From an uncultured Gemmatimonadaceae bacterium (GTDB lineage: Bacteria > Gemmatimonadota > Gemmatimonadetes > Gemmatimonadales > Gemmatimonadaceae), in the NCBI GenBank assembly GCA_963822945.1, contig CAWGJO010000021.1, positions 192,001 to 256,000 on the forward strand: a stretch of 64,000 nucleotides of DNA, written 5' to 3'. This document shows, piece after piece, positions 1-9,799 of the stretch (position 1 is the stretch's first letter; every line of letters starts with the position of its first letter). Under the pieces are notes generated by a model. That model was not told the DNA's origin. It searched no databases and was given only the letters and a program-made list of their open reading frames with translations. The position numbers and the translations under genes were made by a program.

Positions 1-489
1 CTTCTCGACCTCTTCGTCCGTACCGCTGGACACCGGCGAGGCGCCCAGGTTCGCGTTGATCTTGGTGCGGCTCGCGCGCCCGATGCACATCGGATCGAGC
101 TGGTAGCCAAGGTGCACGCGGTTGGCCGGGATGATCATGCGACCGGCAGCCACCTCGTCACGCACCTGCTCCGCGGAGAGGTGCGGCTCGCGCTCGGCGA
201 CGCGCTTCATCTCCGGCGTGACGATGCCCAGGCGCGCGTGCTCCAGCTGGGTGATCGGAACGAAGCCCTCCGGCGCCACGGCGAAGCCGTTCGCACCGCG
301 GGTCCAGCCTTCAGGCAGGAAGTCCCAGGCCGTCTTGTCGCTGGGCGCCGGCATGCCGGGAGTGTCCGGGGACGAGAACGCCAAGGCTCCGCCGACGTCC
401 GCGCCCAGGGCAAACGAACCGGGCGTCGTTCCCTCACTCGTGGTGGAGGGGTTCTTCGCGCCACGAAGCGGCAAGGACCAAGCGGGCAT
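1..489 (-). CDS. thiC: Phosphomethylpyrimidine synthase ThiC, 5' part (runs off the window start)
   Basis: My own minus-strand translation from ATG 489 (AAGGAGA RBS upstream) is open to base 1: ...[48 protein letters not shown]...[32 protein letters not shown], a typical ThiC N-terminus. A TPP riboswitch lies directly upstream. Confidence 0.95.
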   Translation of the reverse strand, partial: MPAWSLPLRGAKNPSTTSEGTTPGSFALGADVGGALAFSSPDTPGMPAPSDKTAWDFLPEGWTRGANGFAVAPEGFVPITQLEHARLGIVTPEMKRVAEREPHLSAEQVRDEVAAGRMIIPANRVHLGYQLDPMCIGRASRTKINANLGASPVSSGTDEEVEK

Positions 490-535
490 CGGTTTCTCCT
501 TCTTCTCTTCCGGAAGGAGCGACGCCGCTGTCAGC

Positions 536-619
536 GTCGCTTCCCTCCGCCGGTATGAGCCGGATCAGGTTCCACGGGTTCGTCTCAGCGGCCCTGTCGG
601 TGGCCGCGCCCCGAGCGAC
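536..619 (-). ncRNA. TPP (THI-box) riboswitch
   Basis: Minus strand reads gtcgct-CGGGGCGC...GCTGAGA-cga-ACCC-gtg-GAACCTGATCCGGCTCATACCGGCGGAGGGA-agcgac. It has the conserved TPP motifs and a gtcgct/agcgac P1 stem, ~50 nt upstream of thiC. Confidence 0.96.
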
Positions 620-684
620 CGGCGGAATGTAGACCCAAACCTCACCCCGCGGAAGGCCTGCCCCGGCACAGCCCGGATTTGACT

Positions 685-710
685 GATTTTGTCGGTCCAT
701 CGCGGAAGCC
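685..710 (+). repeat. Dispersed intergenic motif, copy 1 (diverged)
   Basis: gattttgtcggtccatcgcggaagcc; aligns with the copies at 9675, 19769, 48908, 53748 and 55315. Confidence 0.6.
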
Positions 711-763
711 CCCTGACGCGGCGCGCGATTGACGGCCTTTGTCTCGCCAGACACGATCCAGTC

Positions 764-1951
764 ATGCGTTGGGTCGCTTTCTTGTTCGTGGGCGGAATCA
801 TTGCAGCGTGCAGCGCCAGCAGCGGCGGCGGTGGCACCGGCGGCGGCGGCGGCTCCGCTGCCAGCTCCGGCAACGGCGGCAGCGGCGCGATCATGACCGG
901 CGGCAACGGCGGCTCCTCGGGCACCACGCCGCTGGGCGACGCGGCCTGCGCCACCTCCAGCACCAACGGTCAGCGCACACCGTTGGACATGTTCATCGTG
1001 TTCGACAAATCGGGCTCCATGGACACGCCGACCAGCGGCGGCCAGTCGCTGTGGGACGCTACAAAGGGGGCGTTCCTCCAGTTCATCAACAGCCCCGACA
1101 GCGATGGCATCGGCGTGGGCCTGGAGTTCTTCCCACCGGGTAACGGCTCGAGCGCCAACTGTGCGCTACCGCCCTGCCAGGCCGGGTGCATCCCCTTCGG
1201 CCCCCTGTGCGTTCCCGACGGCAACGAGGCTTGTTCGCTCAACGACTACCTGCCCCCGGTGGTGGTGATCCAGCAACTGCCCAGCGTGGCCAGCCAAGTC
1301 GCCGCCGCGCTGAACGCGACGTCGCCCGGCGGAAACACGCCCACGGTGCCGGCGATGCAGGCCGCGGCGCAGGCCACCACCGCGTACGCGAAGCAAACGC
1401 CGGAACGCAAGGTCATCATCGTGCTGGCCACGGACGGTAATCCCAACGAATGCAACAGCGACACCGCTGGTGTTCAGCAAGTCGCGGCTGCCGCACTTGC
1501 CAGCAATCCCCCCGTAGCCACCTTCGTGATCGGCATCAACAACAGCGGCGTGAACACCGCCGACCTCGACAAGATCGCCCAATCCGGTGGCACCAGCGCG
1601 GCGCTGATCGTGGATCCCGCCAACGCCGGCAAGGAATTCCTGGACGCCATCAAGGCGATCCAGGGCGCCGCCCTGGGCTGCACCTTCAAGGTGCCGCCGC
1701 CACCGCCGGGCGAGACGATCAATCCGAAGAAAGTCAACGTCTGGCACACGCCCACCGGCGGCAGCGAGGAGCTGATCTACAACGTGGCGAACGCCGCCTC
1801 CTGCGACCCGAACCTCGGTGGCTGGTACTACGACAATCCGGCGGTCCCCACGGAGATCGTGCTCTGCCCCGTGAGCTGCAACGCCATCGGCGGGACCGAC
1901 GGCGAGGTCCGCGTCGAGCTCGGCTGCGACACTGCCCCCATCCCGAAGTAA
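764..1951 (+). CDS. vWA-domain lipoprotein (myxobacterial type)
   Basis: Signal/lipobox MRWVAFLFVGGIIAAC, Gly-rich linker, MIDAS motif DKSGSM, IIVLATDG, Cys-rich C-terminus (GGWYYD...IVLCP...LGC). Confidence 0.85.
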   Translation: MRWVAFLFVGGIIAACSASSGGGGTGGGGGSAASSGNGGSGAIMTGGNGGSSGTTPLGDAACATSSTNGQRTPLDMFIVFDKSGSMDTPTSGGQSLWDATKGAFLQFINSPDSDGIGVGLEFFPPGNGSSANCALPPCQAGCIPFGPLCVPDGNEACSLNDYLPPVVVIQQLPSVASQVAAALNATSPGGNTPTVPAMQAAAQATTAYAKQTPERKVIIVLATDGNPNECNSDTAGVQQVAAAALASNPPVATFVIGINNSGVNTADLDKIAQSGGTSAALIVDPANAGKEFLDAIKAIQGAALGCTFKVPPPPPGETINPKKVNVWHTPTGGSEELIYNVANAASCDPNLGGWYYDNPAVPTEIVLCPVSCNAIGGTDGEVRVELGCDTAPIPK

Positions 1952-1969
1952 CCGGGAGCCGCGCCAACC

Positions 1970-2971
1970 TCAAGTAACGTCGCGCATCAGCGCCGCGAGC
2001 GCCGCGCGTGAGCGAACACCGATCTTCTGCATGGCGCGCGACAGCGTGGCCGCGACGTTTCCCATGGAGATGCCCAGCTCGTAGGCGATTAGTTTGTTCG
2101 CATGTCCGGCTGCGGCCAGCGTCACGACTTGGCGTTCGCGTTGCGTGAGCCGGAGAGGTTTAGTGAGGCGCGGAGCATTCTTGACGGCCACGACGAACCG
2201 GCGTCCATCGCTGTCAAAGCGGTCGACGAGCGTCCAACGTCCGTCGACCAGCGCCCGCCAGAGCTCCAAGGCCCTCTCGGCGTCGTTGTGTCGCAGTGCG
2301 CCCCGTGCCCGATCGATGCGCACGGCCGCTTCGCGCAGGAGCTCTCGAGCGTCGCCGTGCTTCGCGGGGCCGACGGCGTGCTGGACGGTGCCCTGCGGGT
2401 CGAGGATGGCTGCTGCTTCGGCCAAAGGATCGAACGAGGCTCCCTCGCGCAGCGCGCAGCGCAGCCGGTACGCGGCGGCGAGGTGCATCGTGATGCGCGA
2501 CCAGGTATCGCGCAGCCGCGGATCCGGTCGCCGCCCGGAACCGAGCGCGGCACCGACCACCACGCCGCGACCGTCGCCGATGGCGCCGGTCGCCGCCAGG
2601 CCGTCGGTCATGCCGGTTTGGAGCGCCACCGCTGCCTTGGGCAGCTTGGTCGGATCGAATCCGAGTCGCTCCGTCGCTGTCGCGAAGTAGGGTGTGCGGG
2701 GATACAAGGCCCGGTTGACCTCTGCGGGGAGGCTGCGCGTGAAGGTATCCGCCCCTGCGGTCATTTCGTCGTCCACACCCTTGAGAGCACGGCTACCCAG
2801 GAGGAACTTCGCCGGATCGCGGAGGTCGTACTCGTAGGCGAAGACGCCGAGTCCGTGATCGAGGGACGGGTGGGCGAGCTCGACGATGCGCTCGAGCCAG
2901 GATTGGGGATCTTGATCGAGGGAGTAAGCGGCCTCGACGACCGCAATCGGATCGGTGCGGCGTTTGCTCAA
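1970..2971 (-). CDS. LuxR-family HTH transcriptional regulator
   Basis: C-terminal LTQRERQVVTLAAAGHANKLIAYELGISMGNVAATLSRAMQKIGVRSR is a LuxR HTH; TTG start. Confidence 0.85.
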   Translation of the reverse strand: MSKRRTDPIAVVEAAYSLDQDPQSWLERIVELAHPSLDHGLGVFAYEYDLRDPAKFLLGSRALKGVDDEMTAGADTFTRSLPAEVNRALYPRTPYFATATERLGFDPTKLPKAAVALQTGMTDGLAATGAIGDGRGVVVGAALGSGRRPDPRLRDTWSRITMHLAAAYRLRCALREGASFDPLAEAAAILDPQGTVQHAVGPAKHGDARELLREAAVRIDRARGALRHNDAERALELWRALVDGRWTLVDRFDSDGRRFVVAVKNAPRLTKPLRLTQRERQVVTLAAAGHANKLIAYELGISMGNVAATLSRAMQKIGVRSRAALAALMRDVT

Positions 2972-3127
2972 GCGCTAGACCCCGCTACTCGAGCACTCGC
3001 CATGAGCCGCCCCCTCGCAGCGCACGAACACCCCAATGTCTTCCTGCGACACGACCAACCGACCTACCGTACCGCAAACGGCGGCCGCTCGTCGACGAAG
3101 AGTGCCATGCCGCATTTCGCTTCGAGC

Positions 3128-3276
3128 TCGACCGCCTTCCGGCGCTGGGGTTGAACGTCGCGAGGGGCGGGAGGTGGCGAAGCAGTTGCGCGCACAGGGC
3201 CCACCCCCCCGAGGTCGGTACGCCCTTTGGAAGCGGCTCGCCTCGGGGTCCGTGCGCGTCAAATTGCAACTGCTTC
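3128..3276 (+). other. Two adjacent long hairpins (candidate structured RNA or non-autonomous element)
   Basis: Stem 3132-3141/3168-3177 (with G-U pairs). Second stem 3179-3189/3266-3276 is a perfect 11-bp inverted repeat, extended by 3190-3195/3252-3257 and inner helices. Confidence 0.4.
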
Positions 3277-3492
3277 AGGTCGTTTTTACGGAAGCCGCGA
3301 CGCGATATCCATGGTCAATTTATTTGGCTCTCCTCACATCTTCGTGGATGCGCTGTTCGAGAGCGCGATGTCGACGATGGGGCCGGCGTCCCCGAAATCC
3401 GACGCATCCTTCATGACGGCGTTAGCCGTGCAGAGAAACCGGCCGGCGCCGGCCGGTTGACTCGCACCAGTGCGTCTAGCTTTCATGACCAC

Positions 3493-3681
3493 ATGAAGGT
3501 CGCGTTCTTGTTCGCCGCGCTAACGCTGGGCTGTACCCCATCGAAAGGAGCCGACACTCCCGCGAAAGTCCACGCGGACTCGGCCGAAACCTACCAGACC
3601 GAGGGCCAGTCCGACTCCACATCGAACACGGAGTCCGAATCCGAGGGGGAGACGGACGGCGAATCCGACCACGGCCCCTGA
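3493..3681 (+). CDS. Small acidic lipoprotein (62 aa)
   Basis: MKVAFLFAALTLGC lipobox followed by a Ser/Thr/Glu/Asp-rich tail. Confidence 0.55.
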   Translation: MKVAFLFAALTLGCTPSKGADTPAKVHADSAETYQTEGQSDSTSNTESESEGETDGESDHGP

Positions 3682-3786
3682 ACGTTCTCCACCAACCTTG
3701 CCAGGGTCGGTCCACTCGAGCTGTCGACCTCCCTCGTGTCGTCGCGTTCCTTGCCGCCGTGTCCAAACGGCGAGAAGCTTCGAAGC

Positions 3787-5304
3787 ATGTGCTCCGCAAC
3801 GCTCCGAAGCGTCACAGGAAGTGCAGTCGCGCTCGCCCTCATGTGCGTCGGCTGCGGCGGCTCGGACGACAGCGCCTCGGGCGCCGGGCAGCCCCCGCCA
3901 CACATCGAAGCGAGCGGCTGCGACCTCCCGCCGCCCCCCGATCTCGGGAGCCTTCCGACTCACACCGTTGGTGACGGCACCGCCGCCAGTTGCGACGAGG
4001 GCGCGCTCCAGGTCGCCCTCGACACGGGTGGTCTGGTCGACTTCGACTGCGGCAGCGAGCCCGTGCTCATCGCGGTCAGCTCGACGCTGCTGGCCAAGGG
4101 CGGCACGCATCTCGACGGCGGCGGGCGCGTGACGCTGGATGGCGGTGACGCGGTCGGCATCCTGCGCACGGACAACAGCTCGACGGTGATCGTCGAAGGG
4201 CTGACGTTCCAGCACGGGCACGCCAAGAAAGTCGCTGGCGTCGACGACGCTGACGGCTCGGGGGGAGCCATCCACCGCGGCTGGCAGTCGAACCTGTACG
4301 TGAAAGATTGCGCTTTTCTCGGCAATGTGGCCGATGGCGACGACGGCAACAATGGCGGCGCCATCTTCGCGGGCTCCGCGGGGTGGCTCACAGTCGTGGG
4401 CAGCACCTTCGACGGAAACCGCGCGCCGAGCGGGGGAGCCACGCACACGGTGCTCTCGGACCTCACCGTCGTGGACAGTGTGTTTCACGCCAACGAGGCC
4501 ACGAGCGGCGACGGTGGTGGCATCTACACCGATGGTGCGTACGTCCCGTATCAGGGGCAGAACGGGGTCAACGATGGCAAGATCGTCATCTGCGGGACCC
4601 GTTTCATCGACAACGTCGCTTCGAGCAGCGCCGCGGCGGGCTTCTTGTACGCCTACGGACAAGATCAGCTCGTCATCAACCGTGCCGAGTTTCGTGGCAA
4701 CCGCGTGACCACGGACAGCCCCGGGCTCGCCGGAGCCATTCGCATCGACGCCGTAGCCTTCGTCAACAACAGCCTGTTCGCCGACAACGACACCGCCGGT
4801 CAGGGGGGAGCGCTGTGGATGGGGCGCGGCCCTGCAACCTTCGAGAACGTGACGTTTTTCGCCAACCACGCAGCGAAGTGGGGCGGCGCCATCTCATACG
4901 ACACCAAGCCCATCACGCTCCTCAACTGTACGTTGGCGTACAACGTCGCCGACGAGGGCAGCGACGGTCTCTTCGGTGCCGCGGACTCCGCGCCGCTGGT
5001 CAAGAACTCGATCTTCTACGAAAACGGAGCCGACGGCGACAACCGCCACTGCCGGCGCGCCATCAATGCGTCGAGCACCATCGCGTATCCCGCGTCGGAC
5101 ACGGACACCTGTGGCGCCGCCTTGGTCCACTCCGACCCGCTGCTCGCCAGCGATCTCGCCGACAACGGCGGCTTCACGCAGACCCTCGCCTTGGCGGCCG
5201 GCAGTCCGGCCCTCGGGGCGGGCACCGATTGTCCGGCGACCGATCAGCGCGGCGAGCCCCGCAACCCGGCGAGCTGTGATCTCGGCGCCTTCGAGCTGCC
5301 CTGA
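3787..5304 (+). CDS. Right-handed beta-helix (Pmp-like GGAI/FxxN repeat) lipoprotein with a choice-of-anchor-Q-like C-terminus
   Basis: Lipobox-like CVGC; repeated GGAI/GGAL...FxxN motifs; C-terminal LADNGGFTQTLALAAGSPALGAG...DQRG..R...CDLGAFE. Confidence 0.85.
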   Translation: MCSATLRSVTGSAVALALMCVGCGGSDDSASGAGQPPPHIEASGCDLPPPPDLGSLPTHTVGDGTAASCDEGALQVALDTGGLVDFDCGSEPVLIAVSSTLLAKGGTHLDGGGRVTLDGGDAVGILRTDNSSTVIVEGLTFQHGHAKKVAGVDDADGSGGAIHRGWQSNLYVKDCAFLGNVADGDDGNNGGAIFAGSAGWLTVVGSTFDGNRAPSGGATHTVLSDLTVVDSVFHANEATSGDGGGIYTDGAYVPYQGQNGVNDGKIVICGTRFIDNVASSSAAAGFLYAYGQDQLVINRAEFRGNRVTTDSPGLAGAIRIDAVAFVNNSLFADNDTAGQGGALWMGRGPATFENVTFFANHAAKWGGAISYDTKPITLLNCTLAYNVADEGSDGLFGAADSAPLVKNSIFYENGADGDNRHCRRAINASSTIAYPASDTDTCGAALVHSDPLLASDLADNGGFTQTLALAAGSPALGAGTDCPATDQRGEPRNPASCDLGAFELP

Positions 5305-5313
5305 GCGGTGCCG

Positions 5314-6369
5314 ATGTTTGAACGCCAGCTGCCCGCCGTCTTCGGCCTGCTGCTGCCACTGGTCATCTGGCAGTGTGCGCGTCAACCTGCGCCCCAGCCC
5401 CTGCAGGCGCCTCCGCCCGCGGCTCGAGTGCCGTCGGTCGTGGAGCCTTCTCGGTCCGAGAGCCCGCCCGCGGCCTCGTCCGAATCGGTGGCGTCGCCGC
5501 CGCGGGTAGACCCGTTGCCTCCGCCCGCAGACCTCACCGATCCTGCGGCGAAGGAGAAGTTCGCGTTCGCGAGCACGGTCTGCGCCGTCGCGCTTCGGGG
5601 CAGCGGCCCCAAGCTCGAGATCGGCTGTCGCGAATGCCCGCCGTTCGAAGGCAAAGCAGCACAGCCCGATGGTCAGGTCGTGCGCGATCCGCCAGCGTTC
5701 TTCCCGCTGGAGTTCCTGGTGCACGGCGCGTTCACGCGGGCAGGGACTGACGAAGCCGCCGCTGTCTTCTCCGGCTGCGAGTCGCACGCGGAGAACTGGG
5801 GCGGCACGCTGCTCGCGAAGCGCGACGGCAATGCCTGGCGAGCCGTCGAGTACCGCTCGGGCGTGCACCCAGAGAGCTGCAAACCGTTCCGGCGTCCGGA
5901 CGGCCGCGATCTGCTCGTATGCCGTTGGGTCGATGGGCACCAGAGCTTCTGGCATGATCGGTTGTTCAGCTACGACTGGGCCCAGCCCGACGGATCAGAG
6001 GCCGCGTGGAGGTCCATCATGGAGCTCGACGACAACACGGCGGGGGCCTGCTTCCTGGGCACGACGCCAGGGATGGAGGTGACGCGCGGGACCATCGAGA
6101 GCTTCGACTTTTCGGATGTCGACCACGATGGGCACGAGGAGTTGATCGTGCGGGTGTCACACGCGAAGTCCTCGGTCGGAGCGGCGTTTCGTTCGTGGTG
6201 CGCGCGCGCGGTGCGTGCGCTGGACAAGAATGCTCCCATGCCGCCACTCGGAAGCGCGGCGGGAAGGACGCTGAAGCACCAGCTCGTGTTCGAGCTCGCG
6301 GGCGATGCATTCGTGCCCGACAGCGCCAGTGCCAGGCTGCTTTCCAGCTTCGTGCCCGCGGGACCCTAG
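5314..6369 (+). CDS. Hypothetical exported Cys-containing protein
   Basis: Hydrophobic N-terminus ending in WQC, Pro-rich linker, DVDHDGHEEL Ca-loop-like motif. Alternative GTG start at 5308. Confidence 0.7.
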   Translation: MFERQLPAVFGLLLPLVIWQCARQPAPQPLQAPPPAARVPSVVEPSRSESPPAASSESVASPPRVDPLPPPADLTDPAAKEKFAFASTVCAVALRGSGPKLEIGCRECPPFEGKAAQPDGQVVRDPPAFFPLEFLVHGAFTRAGTDEAAAVFSGCESHAENWGGTLLAKRDGNAWRAVEYRSGVHPESCKPFRRPDGRDLLVCRWVDGHQSFWHDRLFSYDWAQPDGSEAAWRSIMELDDNTAGACFLGTTPGMEVTRGTIESFDFSDVDHDGHEELIVRVSHAKSSVGAAFRSWCARAVRALDKNAPMPPLGSAAGRTLKHQLVFELAGDAFVPDSASARLLSSFVPAGP

Positions 6370-6430
6370 CGCCTTGCCGACGGCACGCATCCACCTCCCT
6401 CTCCCGCCGGCCGGTGCTACCGTGAGCTTC

Positions 6431-7667
6431 ATGCTCCGGCGCGCCTTCCCGTTGCTGCTGTCGGCCCTGGCTCTCGCGTGCGGCGCTCGCGAACCCGCCA
6501 AGTCCGAGCCCGGCACCGTGCGCGCCTGTCCCACCGCAGAAGAGTGCCAAAAGCGCTGCGACGCGGACGACCCGACGGCTTGCTACGTGCTCTTGGTGCT
6601 CGCGGAAAAAGGCGTGGCGGACAAGCCCCGCGCCCAGGCCGCGGCGGAGCAACTGGGCAAGCTGTGCGACAAGCGGGACGGCGTGGCCTGCCAGCTCCTG
6701 GCTGCCGCCCATGCCGAAGGCACCAGCGTGCCCAAGAACATGGCCGTTGCGGTCGCTGCGCTGGCGCGAGCCTGCGAGCTCGGCCGCTTCGTCGCTTGTT
6801 CCGGCGCGGGCTCGGCGATGCGCCACGGCCCGACGCGAGACACCAAGCGAGCCCGCGAGCTATTGACTCGTGGCTGCCAGGCCGCGGACGGGGCGAGCTG
6901 CAGCGAGCTGGCCAACATGGAGCGCTACGGCGAAGGCGCCCCCACCAACGTGAAGCACGCGGTGGAGCTGTACGAGCGCGGCTGCAAGCTCGGGGACGCA
7001 GCCGCGTGCGGCAACCTGGCTACGATGTTTCACACCGCCGAAGGCGTACCCAAGGACATGGCGCACGCAGCCCAGCTCTACGACCAGGCGTGCAACGGCG
7101 GCCTACTGCTCGCCTGCACCAGCCTCGGGGTCGTGCTGGCCAGCGGCGAAGCGGGCAAAAAGGATCCGGTACGTGCCGTGAAGCTCTTGCGCCGCGCCTG
7201 CAAGGCAGATCACGCGCCGGCGTGCGCGTACCTGGCCACGCTCCTGTACCAAGGCGAAGGCACCCAGAAGAACGTCGCGGAGGCCGTGCTGCTTGCTCCA
7301 TCGCACCTGTGACAAGAACATCGCCGAGAGCTGCACCCTGCTCGGCAGCATTCTGGCTCAGGGCAAAGGCGTACCCGCGGATCCGTCGGCTGCGGCGCAG
7401 GCCTTCGAGCGGGCCTGCGACCAAGGCGACATGATGGCGTGCACTGGCCTCGGTGCGCTGCTGATGGCCGGCGCCGGCGTGGACAAGAACGAAGACCGCG
7501 CGCTGTCGCTGTTCATCCGTGCGTGCGACGCGAACCGCGCGGATGCCTGCTTCCGCTTGGGCGCGGTCTACACGCTGCAGAAGCAGGACGCGCTGGCCCG
7601 CGAAATGTTCGACAAAGCCTGTCAGCTTGGCGACCAGCGCGGCTGCGCACAGCTTCAAAGCCCATGA
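6431..7667 (+). CDS. Sel1-like repeat lipoprotein (frameshift ~7293, probably a sequencing error)
   Basis: MLRRAFPLLLSALALAC; Cys-paired Sel1 repeats (ACxxLG...G.G...D...A..L...AC) continue across ORFs 6305-7312 and 7293-7667. Confidence 0.85.
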
Positions 7668-7761
7668 CGCATCGCGTGGTCACGCAACACCACACGAAAT
7701 TTCCAATTGGGCTCAACGGACACCCGTCATGCGGGACGACCGGCCGGCCGCTCACAGTGGT

Positions 7762-9633
7762 ATGGACCCGTTCATGCGCGGGCTCTTTCGATGGATATCC
7801 ATCCTTCCACTTCTCGGTGCCGTCGCGGCTTCCTGCTCGGCGACGAGCAGCGACGACAACAACAACGGCGGCAACGGCGGCAACGGCGCCTCTTCCGGTT
7901 CCGGCGGCCAAGACGGCGGCGCGACCTGCGGCTTCTGCGCGGCGAACCTATACACGCCGTGCGAAAACGGTCAGCCGGGCACCACGATCGACTGTCCCGA
8001 GGCGTGCGCCCCGAACTTGGGCTGCGTGAAATGCGTGCCCGGCTCGAAGTCTTGCGTCGGCAACGAAGTGCACAAGTGCAGCGCCGACGGGACGAACACC
8101 GACGAGCTGGTGGAAACCTGCGACGTTCAGAACGGGCTGGTGTGCTCCAAGGGTAAGTGCAGCGACGCCTGCCAAGTCGCGGAGGATCAGCCCTCGAACG
8201 TGGGCTGCGAGTTCTGGGCGGTCGATCTGGATCAGCAAGATGGTCTCAACGATCCGGCCAGCGCCCCCTGGGGCGTCGTGCTGTCCAACGCCAGCCAGAT
8301 GCAGGCCAACGTCACCATCGAGCTCAACTCGGCACCAGTCGGCCAACCGCCCACGCCGCAGACCGTCAAACAGATCAGCGTGGCACCGGGCAGCCTGGAA
8401 ACGGTCATTTTGCCCACCCGCGAGCTGGATTGCGGCGTGAAGCCGAACGACTACGGATCCCCGGGCACTTGCCTGTCGTCCAACGCGTATCGGATCACGT
8501 CATCGGCGCCGATCGTCGTGTACCAGTTCAACGTGTTCGAGAACGCATTCTCCAACGACGCTTCTCTGCTGCTGCCCACCAATGCCCTCGGCAAGATTTA
8601 TCGCGTCATCGGCTGGCCGGCAGGCCACCCAACTCCCATCAACTTCCCTGGGATTGGTCTGATCGTCGACCGTTCCTATGTCACGGTGGTCGGCACCCAG
8701 GCCAACACCCAGGTCACCGTGCGACCGAGCTTCCGCATCCGGGGCAATCCGCCCATCGCGGCCACGCCGGCCGGCGGCGACATCGTCGTCACCCTCGGCC
8801 CCTTCGACGTTCTCAATCTGGAGACCGACGACGCCGTGCTGGGCGAACAGGCCGCGGGGGACCTGAGCAGCACCGTGGTGCTCTCCACCGCCCCCGTCGC
8901 CGTGTTCAGCGGTGTGGAAACCACCAGCGCGCCGGGCGAGGTGAAGGTACCCACTCCGCCGGGCTGGGCCAGCGGCGACTCCTGCTGCCTCGACCACCTG
9001 GAAGAGCAGATGTTCCCGGCGGAGTCCCTGGGCAACAACTACGTGATCGCCCGCAGCCCCGTGCGCTCCACCGGCAGCTTCAAGGAGCCCGACGTGCTGC
9101 GCTTCTTGGGCGTGGCCGAAACGGCCAACGTCACCACGACGCTGCCGCCGCCCTACGACAGCTTCACGCTGGCCCCAGGTGAGCTGAAAACGACCTGGAC
9201 CCAGGACGACATCATCGTCACCACGGACAAGCCCATCATGGTCGGCCAGATCCTGGTGAGCAACGAATACGTGGACGGCCCCTACATTGGCGATCCGTCG
9301 CTCACCGTGTTCCCTCCGGTAGAGCAGTACCGCACGGAGTACGTGATCCTCACTCCCCCGAGCTGGACGCAAAACTACGTGGTGATCATCGCCGAAGTCG
9401 GTTCCAGCGTGATCCTGGACGGTAGCGCGACGAGCTGCCCGACCACGCCCTCGGGGACCATCGGCGGCGTCGCCTACGAGTCCCGCCGCTGCCCGCTGGT
9501 CCAGGGCGTGCACAACCTCTCGGGGGACAAACCCTTCGGCATCGTGGCCTACGGCTACGGCAGCGCCGGCTCCTACGCCTTCACTGGCGGCGCCGACGTG
9601 GAACGTATCTACACGCCCCCGCCGATCAAGTAG
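7762..9633 (+). CDS. IgGFc-binding-protein N-terminal-domain lipoprotein
   Basis: Lipobox AASC, Cys-rich region, SNVGCEFWAVDL, SNDASLLLP, DHLEEQMFP, GDPSL...PPVEQY, FGIVAYGYG...SYAFTGG. Alternative start 7774. Confidence 0.85.
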   Translation: MDPFMRGLFRWISILPLLGAVAASCSATSSDDNNNGGNGGNGASSGSGGQDGGATCGFCAANLYTPCENGQPGTTIDCPEACAPNLGCVKCVPGSKSCVGNEVHKCSADGTNTDELVETCDVQNGLVCSKGKCSDACQVAEDQPSNVGCEFWAVDLDQQDGLNDPASAPWGVVLSNASQMQANVTIELNSAPVGQPPTPQTVKQISVAPGSLETVILPTRELDCGVKPNDYGSPGTCLSSNAYRITSSAPIVVYQFNVFENAFSNDASLLLPTNALGKIYRVIGWPAGHPTPINFPGIGLIVDRSYVTVVGTQANTQVTVRPSFRIRGNPPIAATPAGGDIVVTLGPFDVLNLETDDAVLGEQAAGDLSSTVVLSTAPVAVFSGVETTSAPGEVKVPTPPGWASGDSCCLDHLEEQMFPAESLGNNYVIARSPVRSTGSFKEPDVLRFLGVAETANVTTTLPPPYDSFTLAPGELKTTWTQDDIIVTTDKPIMVGQILVSNEYVDGPYIGDPSLTVFPPVEQYRTEYVILTPPSWTQNYVVIIAEVGSSVILDGSATSCPTTPSGTIGGVAYESRRCPLVQGVHNLSGDKPFGIVAYGYGSAGSYAFTGGADVERIYTPPPIK

Positions 9634-9674
9634 CCGCGCACGCTGATACCGCGCCGTACCAGCATCATTCTTCA

Positions 9675-9699
9675 GATTTTGTTGGTCCGGCGCGGAACC
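9675..9699 (+). repeat. Dispersed intergenic motif, copy 2
   Basis: gattttgttggtccggcgcggaacc. Confidence 0.8.
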
Positions 9700-9764
9700 T
9701 CGCGGACGGCTCGCAACCACGCGGGCGGCGCGCAACCACGCGGACGGCGCGCAACCTCGCGGTC
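9689..9764 (+). repeat. Tandem repeat, 4 x 19 bp
   Basis: ggcgcggaacctcgcggac / ggctcgcaaccacgcgggc / ggcgcgcaaccacgcggac / ggcgcgcaacctcgcggtc; contiguous, no spacers. Confidence 0.9.
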
Positions 9765-9799
9765 TCGCCTGGTGCGGCGCGACCGAGGCGTGACCCTGA

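Noticed and set aside
3179..3281. SRP RNA or 6S RNA
   Set aside because: GAAGCAG and TCAGGT occur in the wrong order for the SRP domain IV motif, and there is no single ~180-nt rod with a central bubble as in 6S.
9689..9764. Mini CRISPR array
   Set aside because: The 19-bp units are contiguous with no unique spacers, and there are no cas genes in the window.
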